A DNA stretch of 56,791 nt from Desulfosoma sp. (GTDB lineage Bacteria > Desulfobacterota > Syntrophobacteria > Syntrophobacterales > DSM-9756), in NCBI GenBank assembly GCA_037481835.1, contig JBBFKW010000018.1, forward strand, positions 49,322 to 106,112, in the 5' to 3' direction. Below are positions 1-10,346 of the stretch, one piece after another; the stretch's first letter is position 1; each line of letters begins with the position of its first letter. Position numbers and translations under genes: made by a program. The notes below the pieces were generated by a model, which was not told the DNA's origin, made no database searches, and saw only the letters and a program-made list of their open reading frames with translations.

Positions 1-148
1 GGTTCGGTTCTTTCATTGTTGGGGTTCGGTTCTCTCATTGTTGGGGTTCGGTTCTCTCAGTGTTGGGATTCGGTTCTCTCAATGTTGGGATTCGGTTCTC
101 TCAATGTTGGGATTCGCTTCGCTCATTGTTGGGGTTCGCTTCGCTCAC
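1..148. repeat. 22-bp tandem repeat array (consensus TGTTGGGRTTCGSTTCKCTCAN), at least 7 units, truncated by the window start, ending in a complete REP
   Basis: Units read at 1-16 (partial), 17-38, 39-60, 61-82, 83-104, 105-126 and 127-148. Confidence 0.95.
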
Positions 149-158
149 CCCAACCTAC
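127..158 (-). repeat. GTAG-type REP palindrome, copy 1 (GTAGGTTGGGGTGAGCGAAGCGAACCCCAACA)
   Basis: GTAG foot plus GTTGGGGT...ACCCCAAC stem; three near-identical copies elsewhere in the window. Confidence 0.9.
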
Positions 159-207
159 GGGTTTGTTGAAGGAATTGGGCTCGCCGTTCTGAGAGGGGTG
201 GCGGGAC

Positions 208-1851
208 ATGGCCGAAAAAAATTCTTGCCGGGGTTTCCTGCTTCCACGCGTGCTGTGCATTGCCCTGATCTGGGCGGTGGGGGTCGCCGTCCCGGGCGCT
301 CAGGCGGCTGGTGGGAGCGTCATCGTTCTTGTCGCTGATGGGGCGGGCATCGCCCACACCACGATGGCCCGTTGGGCTTCGCCGTCCCGGACACTCCCTG
401 TGGATTCCATGAAAGCCTTTCTGGTGCGTACCTACGGGGCCGAATCCCTGGTGACCGATTCCGCGCCGGCGGCCACGGCCTTTGCCACAGGGCACAAGAC
501 CAGCGACAAGTTCGTCGGGGTGCTGCCGGGGCCCGTGACGCTTCCCGGAATTGCGCCGGTGCCTCCCGAACGGCAGCAAAAGCCTGTGGCCTCCGTCCTG
601 GAAGGGGCCAAACTCGTGGGCAAGGCCACAGGGCTTGTGGCGACGTCCAACGTCCAGCACGCCACCCCGGCCGCCTATTCGGCCCACTGGCCCGATCGGA
701 ACCATTACAACGAAATCGCGGAACAACAGGTCTATCAAGACATAGACGTGGTTTTCGGGGGCGGCGGGAAATATCTGCGCCCCGTGTCCCAAGGGGGAGC
801 GCGAACCGACGGGGAAAATCTCATCCAGGTTTTAAAGGATCGCGGCTATACCATCGTTCAAACTCGGGAAGAGATGCGCCGGACTCAGGCGCCGAAGGTG
901 TGGGGGCTCTTTGCCGAAGACGCCATGGAACGGGACCTGGATCGGGCGGTTTTCGCTCCCCGGGAACCTTCCCTGGCCGAGATGACCGCCAAGGCCATTG
1001 AAATCCTTTCTCGCCATCCCAGGGGCTTTTTTCTGTTCGTGGAAGGCAGCCAGGTGGATTGGGCATCCCATGGGAACGACCCGGTGGGGGTCGTGACCGA
1101 GCTCCTGGCTTTTCATGAGGCGGTGCAAGTGGCTCTGGACTATGCTCGAAGCCGCGACGATACGGCCGTTTTCGTCTTTTCGGACCACGGAAACGGCGGC
1201 ATGAGCCTGGGGAATGCCTCAACTGACGGGACCTATTCCCGCATGTCTTACGAATCCGTGGTCGCGCCGCTCAAAAGAGCCGTCCTCACGGCGGAAGGCA
1301 TTGCCAAGCACATCGGGGACAACCGCACGGAATCCCGTATCAGAGAAGTTCTCCGGCGCTCTTGGGGGCTGGACGACCTGACCGCCGAAGAAGTCGCCCG
1401 GATTCAAGATTATCGAGGGCCCCATTTGAGCAATGCCGTCGCTCCCATCATGAGCGTTCGGGCCAACATTGGATGGACCACCCACGGGCACACGGGTGAG
1501 GATGTCATCCTATACACCTACGGGCTGGACATGCCTGCGGGGACTGTGGAAAACACGGACATCGCCCACGCGTGCGCTCAGTGGATGGGGTTTCGCCTCG
1601 AAGACGTGGACGCCAAGCTGTTCCGGCCGGCCGAAGACGTCGCGGCGCAGCTCGGAGGCCGTGTTTCCATCGACAGGTCGGAGCCGGAGAATCCCGTCTT
1701 GGTGATCCGAAAAGAAGAGGGCGCTGAGGCGCGATTTCCGTTTTCCAAAGATCTCATGATCATGGACGGGAAAACCATCCGGCTGAAGGGGCCCACGGTC
1801 TACGCCCCTCACACGGGCACGGTCTACCTCACGCTGGAAAAGGAGGAATAG
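208..1851 (+). CDS. phoA: Alkaline phosphatase, exported
   Basis: Signal peptide; VIVLVADGAG, VTDSAPAATA (catalytic Ser), HATPAA, FLFVEGSQVDWASH, SDHGNGG and GHTGEDV motifs. Confidence 0.93.
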   Translation: MAEKNSCRGFLLPRVLCIALIWAVGVAVPGAQAAGGSVIVLVADGAGIAHTTMARWASPSRTLPVDSMKAFLVRTYGAESLVTDSAPAATAFATGHKTSDKFVGVLPGPVTLPGIAPVPPERQQKPVASVLEGAKLVGKATGLVATSNVQHATPAAYSAHWPDRNHYNEIAEQQVYQDIDVVFGGGGKYLRPVSQGGARTDGENLIQVLKDRGYTIVQTREEMRRTQAPKVWGLFAEDAMERDLDRAVFAPREPSLAEMTAKAIEILSRHPRGFFLFVEGSQVDWASHGNDPVGVVTELLAFHEAVQVALDYARSRDDTAVFVFSDHGNGGMSLGNASTDGTYSRMSYESVVAPLKRAVLTAEGIAKHIGDNRTESRIREVLRRSWGLDDLTAEEVARIQDYRGPHLSNAVAPIMSVRANIGWTTHGHTGEDVILYTYGLDMPAGTVENTDIAHACAQWMGFRLEDVDAKLFRPAEDVAAQLGGRVSIDRSEPENPVLVIRKEEGAEARFPFSKDLMIMDGKTIRLKGPTVYAPHTGTVYLTLEKEE

Positions 1852-1894
1852 ACAGAAGCGGCTCCGGCTCCAGGCGCCGCCGCCACGGGATGCG

Positions 1895-3577
1895 TCAGCG
1901 GTTTTGTTCCAGGCGGCTTCTCGCTTGGGTGCACTGCATGGTGTAAAGGGTAGCGAGGAGCCGGTAGAAGACCTCTTCCGGATCTTCTTCCGTATGGCAC
2001 ACCGTGTGGCTTGCGGGCGGCAGGGGTTCGTCCAGCGGCTCGTATTCTTTGAGGAAGTGCGGCAGATGATGGAGCCTCGCGTCGGAAAGAGTGGGGCGCC
2101 CGTTGCGGGCGGCAAGGCGCTTTTCCAGCGTTTCCCGGGAACAGCGGCATTCCACGATGATAAAGGCGGCGTCGTGGTCTTGAGCCAGCCGGAGGGCCTC
2201 TTCGCGCCATTTTCTTTCGGCGAAGGTGGCATCCAGGACGACGGATCGCCTTTCTTTGAGCTCTTCATGGGCCTGGTTCAGGAGATGGCCGTAAACCAGC
2301 CGGCGGCGTTCCTTGCGGTAGAGCCCGGCCCCGTAAGCCGAATCTTCCGACGGTGCCTCAAGAGATCCCGAAAAGAGGTCGCGGCGCACGGCGTCCGATT
2401 GGAAGAGAAGGATGCGGAACGCCTGGGCAAGACGGGCGGCGTGCAAGGATTTTCCGGACGCCGGCAGTCCGCAAAAAACATAAAGGGTCGGGCGGGTCAT
2501 GGTTGCGGCGTAGGTGTAGGCCAAATCCAGGTATTGAGCCGCTTGTGATTTGCAGCGAAGCGATTCTTGCCCTCTTTCGGCTTCTGCCTTTTCTTCCTTC
2601 AATTCCTGGAGGCGCAGGCAGGAGACCTTGACCCTCACCATAGCCCGATAGCACGCATAAAAATCCACAACCCGGTACAGTGACGGATCCCGGGCGTTTC
2701 GGACATAGGCATCGAGAATGATGAGACTCTGGGGGAAAGCCCCGCGGGCATCCAGGTCCATGTGAAGAAACGCCAGGTCCGCCGCCGCATCCCCGAACCG
2801 GAACCGGTCGTTGAATTCGATGGCGTCGATGATCTGGATGCCGTCGTCGAGGAAATACACGTGGTCCGATCGCAAGTCACCGTGGCCGTCACAGATGCGA
2901 TCGTCCCCGAGCCGCCCGTCAAAGAGATCCTTGTGGCCTTCCATGAAGGCTTCGTTGACGTTGCGGACGAGGCGCCATTTTTCGGCATCCAGGACGGAAC
3001 CCACGAAAGGCTCGGTCTGTTCGAAGTTTTCAAGGACGTTTCGGCCGATGACGTTGAGGGTTCCGAATCGGCGGATTTCCTCGTTTCTTTCGGCTTGGGC
3101 GTAAAAGGCGGCCAGACGTTCCCCCAGAGCGCGACACCGGCCTTCATCCAAGGCCCCCGATTCCGTCAGGGCCTGGAGGCTGCGTTCGGGAGGAAGCTGC
3201 TTCATGAGCACGGCGCACTCCACGAGCTCCCCGGGGCCGTCCAGGGACAGGATTCCCGAATCGCCCCGGCGCACCGCCACCACTCTTTCATAGACGCCAC
3301 GGCTGAAGCGCCGGTTCAGGGACACTTCCCTGTGGCAGAATCGGCAGCGGGCCTCAAGGTCGGTGAAGTCGAGGAAGCCGAAGTCGACGGGTTTTTTGAG
3401 CTTGTAGACCCATTGCCCGGTGAGGAAAACGGCGGAAATGTGGGTGTCGATCCTTTCGATGGCCGTTACGGGGTGGGGATAAAAACGGGGATCGGTGAAG
3501 GCGCGGCAGACCCTTTCGAATGCGGCCAAGGCGTCGTCCATGGCGGCGGGATCCTCATGGACCCGACGGCGCCTCAC
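1895..3577 (-). CDS. Bifunctional aminoglycoside-phosphotransferase-like / AAA_33 P-loop kinase (COG2187+COG0645 type)
   Basis: THISAVFL, YKLKKPV, DGHGDLRSDH and IIDAIEFNDRFR in the N-terminal half; GLPASGKS P-loop and VVLDATF in the C-terminal half. Confidence 0.88.
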   Translation of the reverse strand: MRRRRVHEDPAAMDDALAAFERVCRAFTDPRFYPHPVTAIERIDTHISAVFLTGQWVYKLKKPVDFGFLDFTDLEARCRFCHREVSLNRRFSRGVYERVVAVRRGDSGILSLDGPGELVECAVLMKQLPPERSLQALTESGALDEGRCRALGERLAAFYAQAERNEEIRRFGTLNVIGRNVLENFEQTEPFVGSVLDAEKWRLVRNVNEAFMEGHKDLFDGRLGDDRICDGHGDLRSDHVYFLDDGIQIIDAIEFNDRFRFGDAAADLAFLHMDLDARGAFPQSLIILDAYVRNARDPSLYRVVDFYACYRAMVRVKVSCLRLQELKEEKAEAERGQESLRCKSQAAQYLDLAYTYAATMTRPTLYVFCGLPASGKSLHAARLAQAFRILLFQSDAVRRDLFSGSLEAPSEDSAYGAGLYRKERRRLVYGHLLNQAHEELKERRSVVLDATFAERKWREEALRLAQDHDAAFIIVECRCSRETLEKRLAARNGRPTLSDARLHHLPHFLKEYEPLDEPLPPASHTVCHTEEDPEEVFYRLLATLYTMQCTQARSRLEQNR

Positions 3578-4347
3578 AAGGCGCGTTCGATAAACGCGTA
3601 GGCGCTGTGGTTGTGAATGGATTCAAAATTTTCCACATCCACTTGAAACCATCGGATGTGGGGGTTTTTTTTCAGCCGATGGGCCACATCCCGCACCACA
3701 TCTTCCACGAACTTGGGATTTTCATAGCCCTTTTCGGTGACGAACTTCTCGTCGGGCCTCTTGAGCAAGGAATAAACTTCGCACGAGGCCGCCTCTTCCA
3801 CGATGCGGATGAGGTCCTCGATCCAAATGAATTTCTTGAACCGCACGGCCAGGCGCGCCATCCCCCGTTGGTTGTGGGCGCCGTGCTCCGAGATTTCCCG
3901 GGAGCACGGGCATACCGTGGTGATGGGCACGTTGACTTCCACGACAAGATCGAAGCCGTCCTGGCCGCTCAAGGACCCACTCACGCGGCACATGTATTCC
4001 ATGAGGCCCGAGGTGCCGGTTACGGGAGAGAGCTTTTCGATGAAGTAGGGGAAGCTGATTTCCAGATGGGCCGATTGGGCGTTCAGCCGGGACTGCATGG
4101 CTTCCAGGATCTTGGAAAACTCGCGGATATCCAAATGGCCGTAAAACTCGTTGAGGATCTCGACGAAGCGGCTCATGTGGGTGCCCTTGAATTCCCGCGG
4201 CAGATTCACATACATGTTGATGCTCGCCACGGTGTGTTGCACCCCGTTTTTCTTGTCCATGACGGTGAGGGGATAGCGGATGTTCTTGACCCCCACCTTG
4301 TCCACGTGGATATTTCGGTGGTCGAAAAGACTCTGCACGTCGATCAT
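3574..4347 (-). CDS. folE2: GTP cyclohydrolase IB
   Basis: KGTHMSRF, TTVCPCSREIS, GAHNQR, NPKFVED and ESIHNHSAYA motifs. Confidence 0.96.
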   Translation of the reverse strand: MIDVQSLFDHRNIHVDKVGVKNIRYPLTVMDKKNGVQHTVASINMYVNLPREFKGTHMSRFVEILNEFYGHLDIREFSKILEAMQSRLNAQSAHLEISFPYFIEKLSPVTGTSGLMEYMCRVSGSLSGQDGFDLVVEVNVPITTVCPCSREISEHGAHNQRGMARLAVRFKKFIWIEDLIRIVEEAASCEVYSLLKRPDEKFVTEKGYENPKFVEDVVRDVAHRLKKNPHIRWFQVDVENFESIHNHSAYAFIERAL

Positions 4348-4359
4348 GGCCGAACCGTT

Positions 4360-5142
4360 TTATTCGCTGAGCTGGTGACGACGGCTCAGTTCTTCGGCGA
4401 TGGTTTCCAGGGCCTTGCGGGTGTTTTCGCCCATGCGGTCGGCGAAGACCCCTGCACAATCCGCTTCGATGAGGCTTTCGTCGTAGGGGATGAATCCAAG
4501 GAACTGAAAGCCGTTCAGGTTTTGCTGCAAAAAGGCGCTGTCCCGGTCGTTGCGGATCTTGTTTCCCACCACGTACACATTGCCGATGCCGATGTCGGCG
4601 GCCAGATCTTTGACCTTGAGCGCCGTTTCGATGCTGCGCCGACCCGGTTCCACAACGATGATCAAGGCGTTGACCGCTCTTGAGGTGCCCCGGCCCAGGT
4701 GTTCGATTCCGGCTTCCATGTCCATGACGACGACTTCGTCTCGCCTCAGGATCAGGTGATGCACCAGGTTCTTGAGGAGCACGCTTTCCGGACACACGCA
4801 GCCCGTGCCCCCTTTTTTCACTCCGCCCATGACCATGAGCCGCACGCCGGGACAGCACGGCACGGCGATTTTTTCCGGCAAGTCGTCCACTTTGGGATTC
4901 ATCTTGAAAAATCCGCCGAAACCGCCGGGAACGGATTCGGTGCGTTCGGCGATGAGTTGTTTCATTTGGGAAATGGGGGTGATGGAGCCCGCGTCGGCCA
5001 CCCCCAAGGCATGGCCCAGATTGGCGTCGGGATCGGCATCGATGGCCAGAACCGACTTGCCGTGGTCGGCGAACCATCGCGCCAAGAAAGCCGAAAGAGT
5101 CGTCTTGCCCACACCGCCTTTGCCGCTCACTGCGATTTTCAC
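4360..5142 (-). CDS. cooC: CooC/AcsF-family nickel-insertion ATPase
   Basis: GKGGVGKTT, IDADPDANL, GCVCPE metal motif, DMEAGIEHLGRGT. Confidence 0.92.
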   Translation of the reverse strand: MKIAVSGKGGVGKTTLSAFLARWFADHGKSVLAIDADPDANLGHALGVADAGSITPISQMKQLIAERTESVPGGFGGFFKMNPKVDDLPEKIAVPCCPGVRLMVMGGVKKGGTGCVCPESVLLKNLVHHLILRRDEVVVMDMEAGIEHLGRGTSRAVNALIIVVEPGRRSIETALKVKDLAADIGIGNVYVVGNKIRNDRDSAFLQQNLNGFQFLGFIPYDESLIEADCAGVFADRMGENTRKALETIAEELSRRHQLSE

Positions 5143-5316
5143 CGATCGGTCCTCCCTGCTGGGAAAAGCTTTGCCTTGCGTTGCGCCGCACAGCCCTTTT
5201 AATACGTCCCACAGGGCCTGACAACCCTTAATGCCGAAGGCGCCGAGAAGAACCGGCGCTCCAGGGCGCTCCTCCAGCCGGCTTCCCGGGGCTATGCCAC
5301 ATCAGGCGAAACCCGG

Positions 5317-5345
5317 TTGATCCTCAAGGGGAGATTTGCTAAAGA
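5317..5345 (+). promoter_or_regulatory. Putative sigma70 promoter of the hybrid kinase
   Basis: TTGATC-17 nt-TAAAGA with a TG extended -10. Confidence 0.4.
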
Positions 5346-5393
5346 ATCGCCAACATCCACCTTTCTGCGCACCGTGAAGGGCCCTTACCCCCA

Positions 5394-7289
5394 ATGGCGA
5401 GGAATCTCATGCTGCCTCAACTGATCCAGGCCTTCGATCACATCAAGGAATTGATGGTTTTTTATGAACCGGATTTTCGAGTGGTGTGGCTCAATCAGGC
5501 GGTCGTGCGCTGGGCGGGGAAGCCACCGGAAGACATCGTGGGCAGGCGGTGTTACGAAGCATTTTACGGCCGCTCGGGCCCCTGTCCGGGCTGCCTCGTT
5601 CAGAGAGTCATCGCTACGGGAAAGGCCGTGGAAGCGGAGCACCGCGGAGCCGATGGGAGAATCTGGGGTGTAAGAGCCTATCCCGTGCGCTCGGAAACGG
5701 GAGCCCTGAAGGGGGTCATGGAAATTTCCCTCGACCTCAGTGCCATGAAGGCGGCTCAGGAGGCGCTGAAGGATCGGGAAAGGCGCTATCAGGCGGTGCT
5801 CCAAAATACACTGGACGGCATTTGCGTCGTGTCGGCGGATGATTGGAAAATCGAGGAAATCAACCCCGCTTTGACGTCCCTGCTGGGCTGCTGCGACAGG
5901 GCGCCCATGGGCGTTTCACTCTTGGATTTCGCACAAGGCAATCCAGAGTCCTTGGAACGGCATCTTGGGGACGTGCTGCGCACGAAGAAGGGAAAAGTCG
6001 TCGAAACCCGTCTTGCGGCCAAAGACGGGCGACTCCTCGATGTGGAACTCAGCCTCAATCCGCTGGCCCTCCAAGGAGAGAATCGGATCATCGTGGTGTG
6101 CCGGGACGTTCGAGAGCGCAACGCGGCACTCGCCGAACGCCTTCGAACCCAAAAGCTGGAATCCCTCGCCATCATGGCTGAAGGCATGGCCCACGACTTC
6201 AACAACATCCTGGCCGGCGTCGTCGGGAACTTGTCCTTGGCCAAAATCGATGCCGATCCTCAGAGCCGGCTTTACCATCGGCTTTGTGCCGCCGAAAAGG
6301 CATGCGCCCGGGCTGAAGACATCACCCGTCGGCTCTTGACGTTTGCCGATGGGGGCGATCCCGCGCGGCGGTCGGTGAAGGCCCATGAGTTCCTTGCGAC
6401 GAGGGTTCTTCCGGGTCTGAATGCCTTGCCGGTCAAGGTTTCCGCTGCGTTTCCCGAGGATCTCCCGTGGCTGTGCATTGATGAAGACCTATTGACCCAG
6501 GCCTTTGTGGATCTCGCTGCGGATGTTCTCATCCGAAAAGGAGCTGCGGCCCTTCATGTGGAAGGGCGCAGCGATTCCGTTGAGGCCCCGGAAGGCCTCG
6601 CTATAACCGGGTCCGGCTCATGGGTCCGCATCGCTCTGAGCGCCCCGGATGTCCACCTGACCCCTCATGAATTGGATCGCCTCTTCGACCCCTATTCCAC
6701 AAAAAATTGTGCCGTGGGAAAGGGTTTGGGGATTTGCACCGCCTATGCCGTCGTGCGCCGCCACGGCGGACACATCCAGGCTCGGTGCGAATCGGGTGCA
6801 GGCACGCGGCTCATCGTGGTGCTCCCTGCCGACGGAGACTCCCGGGCCGGAGTCGAAGGCGACGCCTTGGAGCATGGTGTGGGCGCACTCCACCAAGGCC
6901 GGGTCCTCATCATGGACGATGAACGGATCGTTCGGGAAACCCTCGGCGAAATTCTTCGGCTCAAGGGCTACGATGTGGCGTTGGCCGCCGACGGATGCGA
7001 AGCCGTGGCTTTGTATACGGCAAGCCTGAAAAAAGGCGATCCCTTCGATGCGGTAATCTTGGACCTCACCGTCCAGGGAGGGCCTGGAGCCGTGGAAATC
7101 CTGGAGGATCTGCGCCGTGTGGATCCGAACGTGCGGGCTTTTGTTTCGAGCGGCTATACCTCGGATCCCGTCATGATCGAGCACGTCCGCTACGGGTTTT
7201 GCGGAGCGGCCCCCAAGCCTTTTCGTTACGATGAACTGGCGTGGCACATCCAGCGCGTTATCGGCAAGGACAGAAAGTCCCTGCCGTGA
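5394..7289 (+). CDS. Cytoplasmic PAS-PAS hybrid histidine kinase/receiver with a partly degenerate HATPase
   Basis: Two PAS domains (first has GRRCYEAF...CPGC), H-box MAHDFNNIL, G2 GKGLG, receiver LIMDDE...VILDLT...KPF. Confidence 0.88.
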   Translation: MARNLMLPQLIQAFDHIKELMVFYEPDFRVVWLNQAVVRWAGKPPEDIVGRRCYEAFYGRSGPCPGCLVQRVIATGKAVEAEHRGADGRIWGVRAYPVRSETGALKGVMEISLDLSAMKAAQEALKDRERRYQAVLQNTLDGICVVSADDWKIEEINPALTSLLGCCDRAPMGVSLLDFAQGNPESLERHLGDVLRTKKGKVVETRLAAKDGRLLDVELSLNPLALQGENRIIVVCRDVRERNAALAERLRTQKLESLAIMAEGMAHDFNNILAGVVGNLSLAKIDADPQSRLYHRLCAAEKACARAEDITRRLLTFADGGDPARRSVKAHEFLATRVLPGLNALPVKVSAAFPEDLPWLCIDEDLLTQAFVDLAADVLIRKGAAALHVEGRSDSVEAPEGLAITGSGSWVRIALSAPDVHLTPHELDRLFDPYSTKNCAVGKGLGICTAYAVVRRHGGHIQARCESGAGTRLIVVLPADGDSRAGVEGDALEHGVGALHQGRVLIMDDERIVRETLGEILRLKGYDVALAADGCEAVALYTASLKKGDPFDAVILDLTVQGGPGAVEILEDLRRVDPNVRAFVSSGYTSDPVMIEHVRYGFCGAAPKPFRYDELAWHIQRVIGKDRKSLP

Positions 7290-7296
7290 AATCCTC

Positions 7297-7758
7297 TCAC
7301 AGCCGCGACGGCCCTGAACTTTTTCCCGCCTCGCCTTCGGTCCGATCGGAAAAGGCGGGATTTTCGCGGTAGATCTTGTCCAGCACCCCGTTGATGAAGG
7401 CTCCGGAATCCTGGGATCCGAAGCGCTTGGCCAATTCGATGGCTTCATTGATGGAAACGCGGGGCGGGATATCGTCTCGATAAAGCATCTCATAGAGGGC
7501 GATGCGCAGGATGTTTCGATCCACGGGCGACATGCGGTCCAGGCGCCAGTGTTCGGATGCGGACGCCAGGTGCCGGTCGATGTCCTTTTGGTGGGCATGG
7601 ACGCCGTCCACGAGGATTTTGGCGAAAGCCCGGGGCTCCTTGGGCAGCTCGAAACAGGTGCACGCCAGTTCAAAGGCGCGATCCGGCGCCATGCGGTTGA
7701 GGTCCATTTGGTAGAGCACCTGGAGGGCCATTTCTCGGGCCTGGCGACGTATTCCCAT
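7297..7758 (-). CDS. nusB: Transcription antitermination factor NusB
   Basis: [38 protein letters not shown]. Confidence 0.97.
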   Translation of the reverse strand: MGIRRQAREMALQVLYQMDLNRMAPDRAFELACTCFELPKEPRAFAKILVDGVHAHQKDIDRHLASASEHWRLDRMSPVDRNILRIALYEMLYRDDIPPRVSINEAIELAKRFGSQDSGAFINGVLDKIYRENPAFSDRTEGEAGKSSGPSRL

Positions 7759-7764
7759 AAACCT

Positions 7765-8226
7765 TTACATGCTTTTCAGGAGATTAGCCATTTCCACCGC
7801 CGCCATGGCGGCTTCGAAGCCTTTGTTGCCCGCTTTGGATCCCGCCCGTTCGATGGCCTGTTCCAGCGTGTCCGTCGTGAGCACCCCAAAGGTGACGGGC
7901 ACGGAACTTTCCAGGCTGACCGTGGCGATGCCCTTGGCCACTTCGTTGGCGACGTAATCGAAGTGGGGGGTGGCCCCGCGAATGACGGCCCCGAGGCAGA
8001 TGACGGCATCGTAGCGGCCGGTTCCGGCGAGCTTTTTCGCCGCAAGGGGAATCTCGTAGGCTCCGGGCACCCGGAACACATGGATCCGGTCCTCCTCGGC
8101 GCCGGTTCTTTTCAAGGCGTCCAAGGCGCCTCCGAGGAGCCGCTCACAGATAAAGTCGTTGAATCGGCTGACCACGATGCCGAACGTGAGACCTTCGGAA
8201 CGCAAATGGCCTTCATACACTTTCAT
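7765..8226 (-). CDS. ribH: 6,7-dimethyl-8-ribityllumazine synthase
   Basis: [29 protein letters not shown]; start taken at MKVYEG (8226). Confidence 0.97.
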   Translation of the reverse strand: MKVYEGHLRSEGLTFGIVVSRFNDFICERLLGGALDALKRTGAEEDRIHVFRVPGAYEIPLAAKKLAGTGRYDAVICLGAVIRGATPHFDYVANEVAKGIATVSLESSVPVTFGVLTTDTLEQAIERAGSKAGNKGFEAAMAAVEMANLLKSM

Positions 8227-9451
8227 GCGTGACCCCTTCCGATGTGAAGCACTGGAGGACATGGCCCATCTTTCGGCATTTGGTTTTCAGATAATGGACG
8301 TTGCATTCGTTGGGTTCCACTTCGATGGGCACCCTTTCCGTCACGGTGATGCCATAGCCTTGGAGCCCTACGATTTTTTTCGGGTTGTTGGTCATGAGGC
8401 GCATTTTGCGCACCCCAAGGTCCACGAGGATCTGGGCCCCGATCCCGTAGTCCCTGAGGTCCGCCTTGAAGCCCAGGGCTTCATTGGCTTCCACGGTGTC
8501 ATAGCCCTGTTCCTGGAGCGCGTAGGCTTTGATCTTGTTGACAAGGCCGATGCCTCGACCTTCGTGATTCCTCATGTAGAGAAGCACTCCTCGGCCTTCC
8601 CGGTCGATCTGGCGCATGGCCGCCCGCAGTTGATCCCCGCAGTCGCACCGCAGGGAACCGAACACATCCCCGGTCAGGCATTCGGAATGCACCCGCACCA
8701 AAACCTCGTCGTTGGGCCCGAAAGATCCCTTGACCAAGGCCAGGTGAGTGAATTCGTCAATGGCGTTCGTGTAGGCGATGACTCGAAAATCCTCACCGTA
8801 CTTGCTGGGCAGTTTCGCCTCCGCCACGCGCTGCACGAAACTTTCGGTCCGCATGCGGTATTCGATGAGATCCGCGATGGTGACGATCTTGAGGTTGTGT
8901 TCGGCGGCGAACTTTTCCAAGTCCGGCATGCGGGCCATGGTCCCGTCGTCTTTCATGATTTCGCAGATGACACCCGCAGGTTTCAAACCGGCGAGCCGGG
9001 CCAGGTCCACGGACCCCTCGGTCTGCCCTGTTCGGACCAAGACACCCCCTTTTTTCGCTCGAAGCGGAAACACGTGGCCCGGACTGACGAGGTCTTCGGG
9101 TTTGGCGTCATCGGCGACGGCCGTAAGGATCGTGTGGGCGCGGTCGGCCGCGCTGATTCCCGTGGTGACCCCCGTGCGGGCTTCGATGGAGACGGTGAAA
9201 GCGGTTCCGAAAGAGGATTTGTTATGCTGGACCATCATGGGCAATTGGAGGCGGTCGACCCATTCGGGGGTGAGGGCCAGGCAGATGAGGCCCCGACCGT
9301 ATTTGGCCATGAAATTGATCGCTTCCGGAGTGACCTTTTCGGCGGCGATGCAAAGATCCCCTTCGTTTTCCCGGTCCTCGTCATCGACCAGGATGATCAT
9401 CTTGCCCTGTCGGATATCCTCAAGAGCTTCGGGAATGGTTGCCAACGGCAT
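8213..9451 (-). CDS. ribBA: Bifunctional DHBP synthase / GTP cyclohydrolase II
   Basis: [44 protein letters not shown]. Confidence 0.97.
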   Translation of the reverse strand: MPLATIPEALEDIRQGKMIILVDDEDRENEGDLCIAAEKVTPEAINFMAKYGRGLICLALTPEWVDRLQLPMMVQHNKSSFGTAFTVSIEARTGVTTGISAADRAHTILTAVADDAKPEDLVSPGHVFPLRAKKGGVLVRTGQTEGSVDLARLAGLKPAGVICEIMKDDGTMARMPDLEKFAAEHNLKIVTIADLIEYRMRTESFVQRVAEAKLPSKYGEDFRVIAYTNAIDEFTHLALVKGSFGPNDEVLVRVHSECLTGDVFGSLRCDCGDQLRAAMRQIDREGRGVLLYMRNHEGRGIGLVNKIKAYALQEQGYDTVEANEALGFKADLRDYGIGAQILVDLGVRKMRLMTNNPKKIVGLQGYGITVTERVPIEVEPNECNVHYLKTKCRKMGHVLQCFTSEGVTHESV

Positions 9452-9537
9452 GAGAAAACTCCCTTCACGTGAAGAATCGGGAAGGCGGCACCTGCCCGGA
9501 TTCGCACCGCTTCGTGGACGGGGCGCGAGACGCGTGA

Positions 9538-9566
9538 CCTATAACACGGAGGCTGGGGAGACTCAA
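9538..9566 (-). promoter_or_regulatory. Putative internal sigma70 promoter for ribBA-ribH-nusB
   Basis: Minus strand TTGAGT-17 nt-TATAGG in the 127-bp gap. Confidence 0.4.
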
Positions 9567-9578
9567 GACGGCATTGGG

Positions 9579-10247
9579 TCAAAGGAAACCGTGGCGCCTG
9601 AGCAGCGCCGCATCCACACCGCCGGATTTTTCCGGGGAATCGCCGGAGCTGGGCTTTGTCCAAGCCCGGAGCATCTTTTCCACGTACTTGGCGATGATAT
9701 CCGTTTCGATATTGACACGCTCGCCCACGGCAAGCCTTCCCAGCGTGGTGACGTCCGCCGTGTGCGGGATGACGTTCACGTCGAAGCGGCCGGGAGCGCA
9801 GCCGTTGACCGTGAGGCTGACTCCATTGACGGCGATGGATCCCTTGGCGACGATGAAAACTGACAGTTCTTCCGGCACGGAGAAATAGAAGCGCCAGGAA
9901 CGGCCTTCCATTTTCTTTTGAATGAGGGTGCCCATGCCGTCCACGTGCCCCTGCATGAGGTGGCCTCCCAAGCGGTCGCCCAGCCGGAGTGCCCTTTCCA
10001 GGTTCACGACGGATCCCGGGGTCTTGGACCCCAAGGTGGTTTTGTCCAGCGTTTCTGCAGAAACATCCACGGAAAAGACGGGGCCGTCGAAGGCGACCAC
10101 GGTAAGGCAGGCGCCGTCCACGGCCACACTCTCACCAAGCGCCATGTCGGCAAAAACCCGGTCGGACCGAAGGGTCATGCGTGCGTCGACGCCGTGGCGC
10201 TCCGTGCGCAGCACGGTCCCTCGACATTCCACAAGCCCTGTAAACAT
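9579..10247 (-). CDS. ribE: Riboflavin synthase (alpha chain)
   Basis: Diagnostic MFTGLV N-terminus, [36 protein letters not shown]. Confidence 0.96.
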   Translation of the reverse strand: MFTGLVECRGTVLRTERHGVDARMTLRSDRVFADMALGESVAVDGACLTVVAFDGPVFSVDVSAETLDKTTLGSKTPGSVVNLERALRLGDRLGGHLMQGHVDGMGTLIQKKMEGRSWRFYFSVPEELSVFIVAKGSIAVNGVSLTVNGCAPGRFDVNVIPHTADVTTLGRLAVGERVNIETDIIAKYVEKMLRAWTKPSSGDSPEKSGGVDAALLRRHGFL

Positions 10248-10346
10248 GGAAAGCCCTCCATATGCCCCGTGCGCCGGCCGGGGGGGCGCTGTGCTCACCC
10301 TGGAACAGGAAACCACCCCCACGAGACGTTTCCAGGGGTTGGTCGT

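Noticed and set aside
1..158. Possible CRISPR array
   Set aside because: The 22-bp units are directly adjacent with no unique spacers, derive from a REP, and no cas genes are present.
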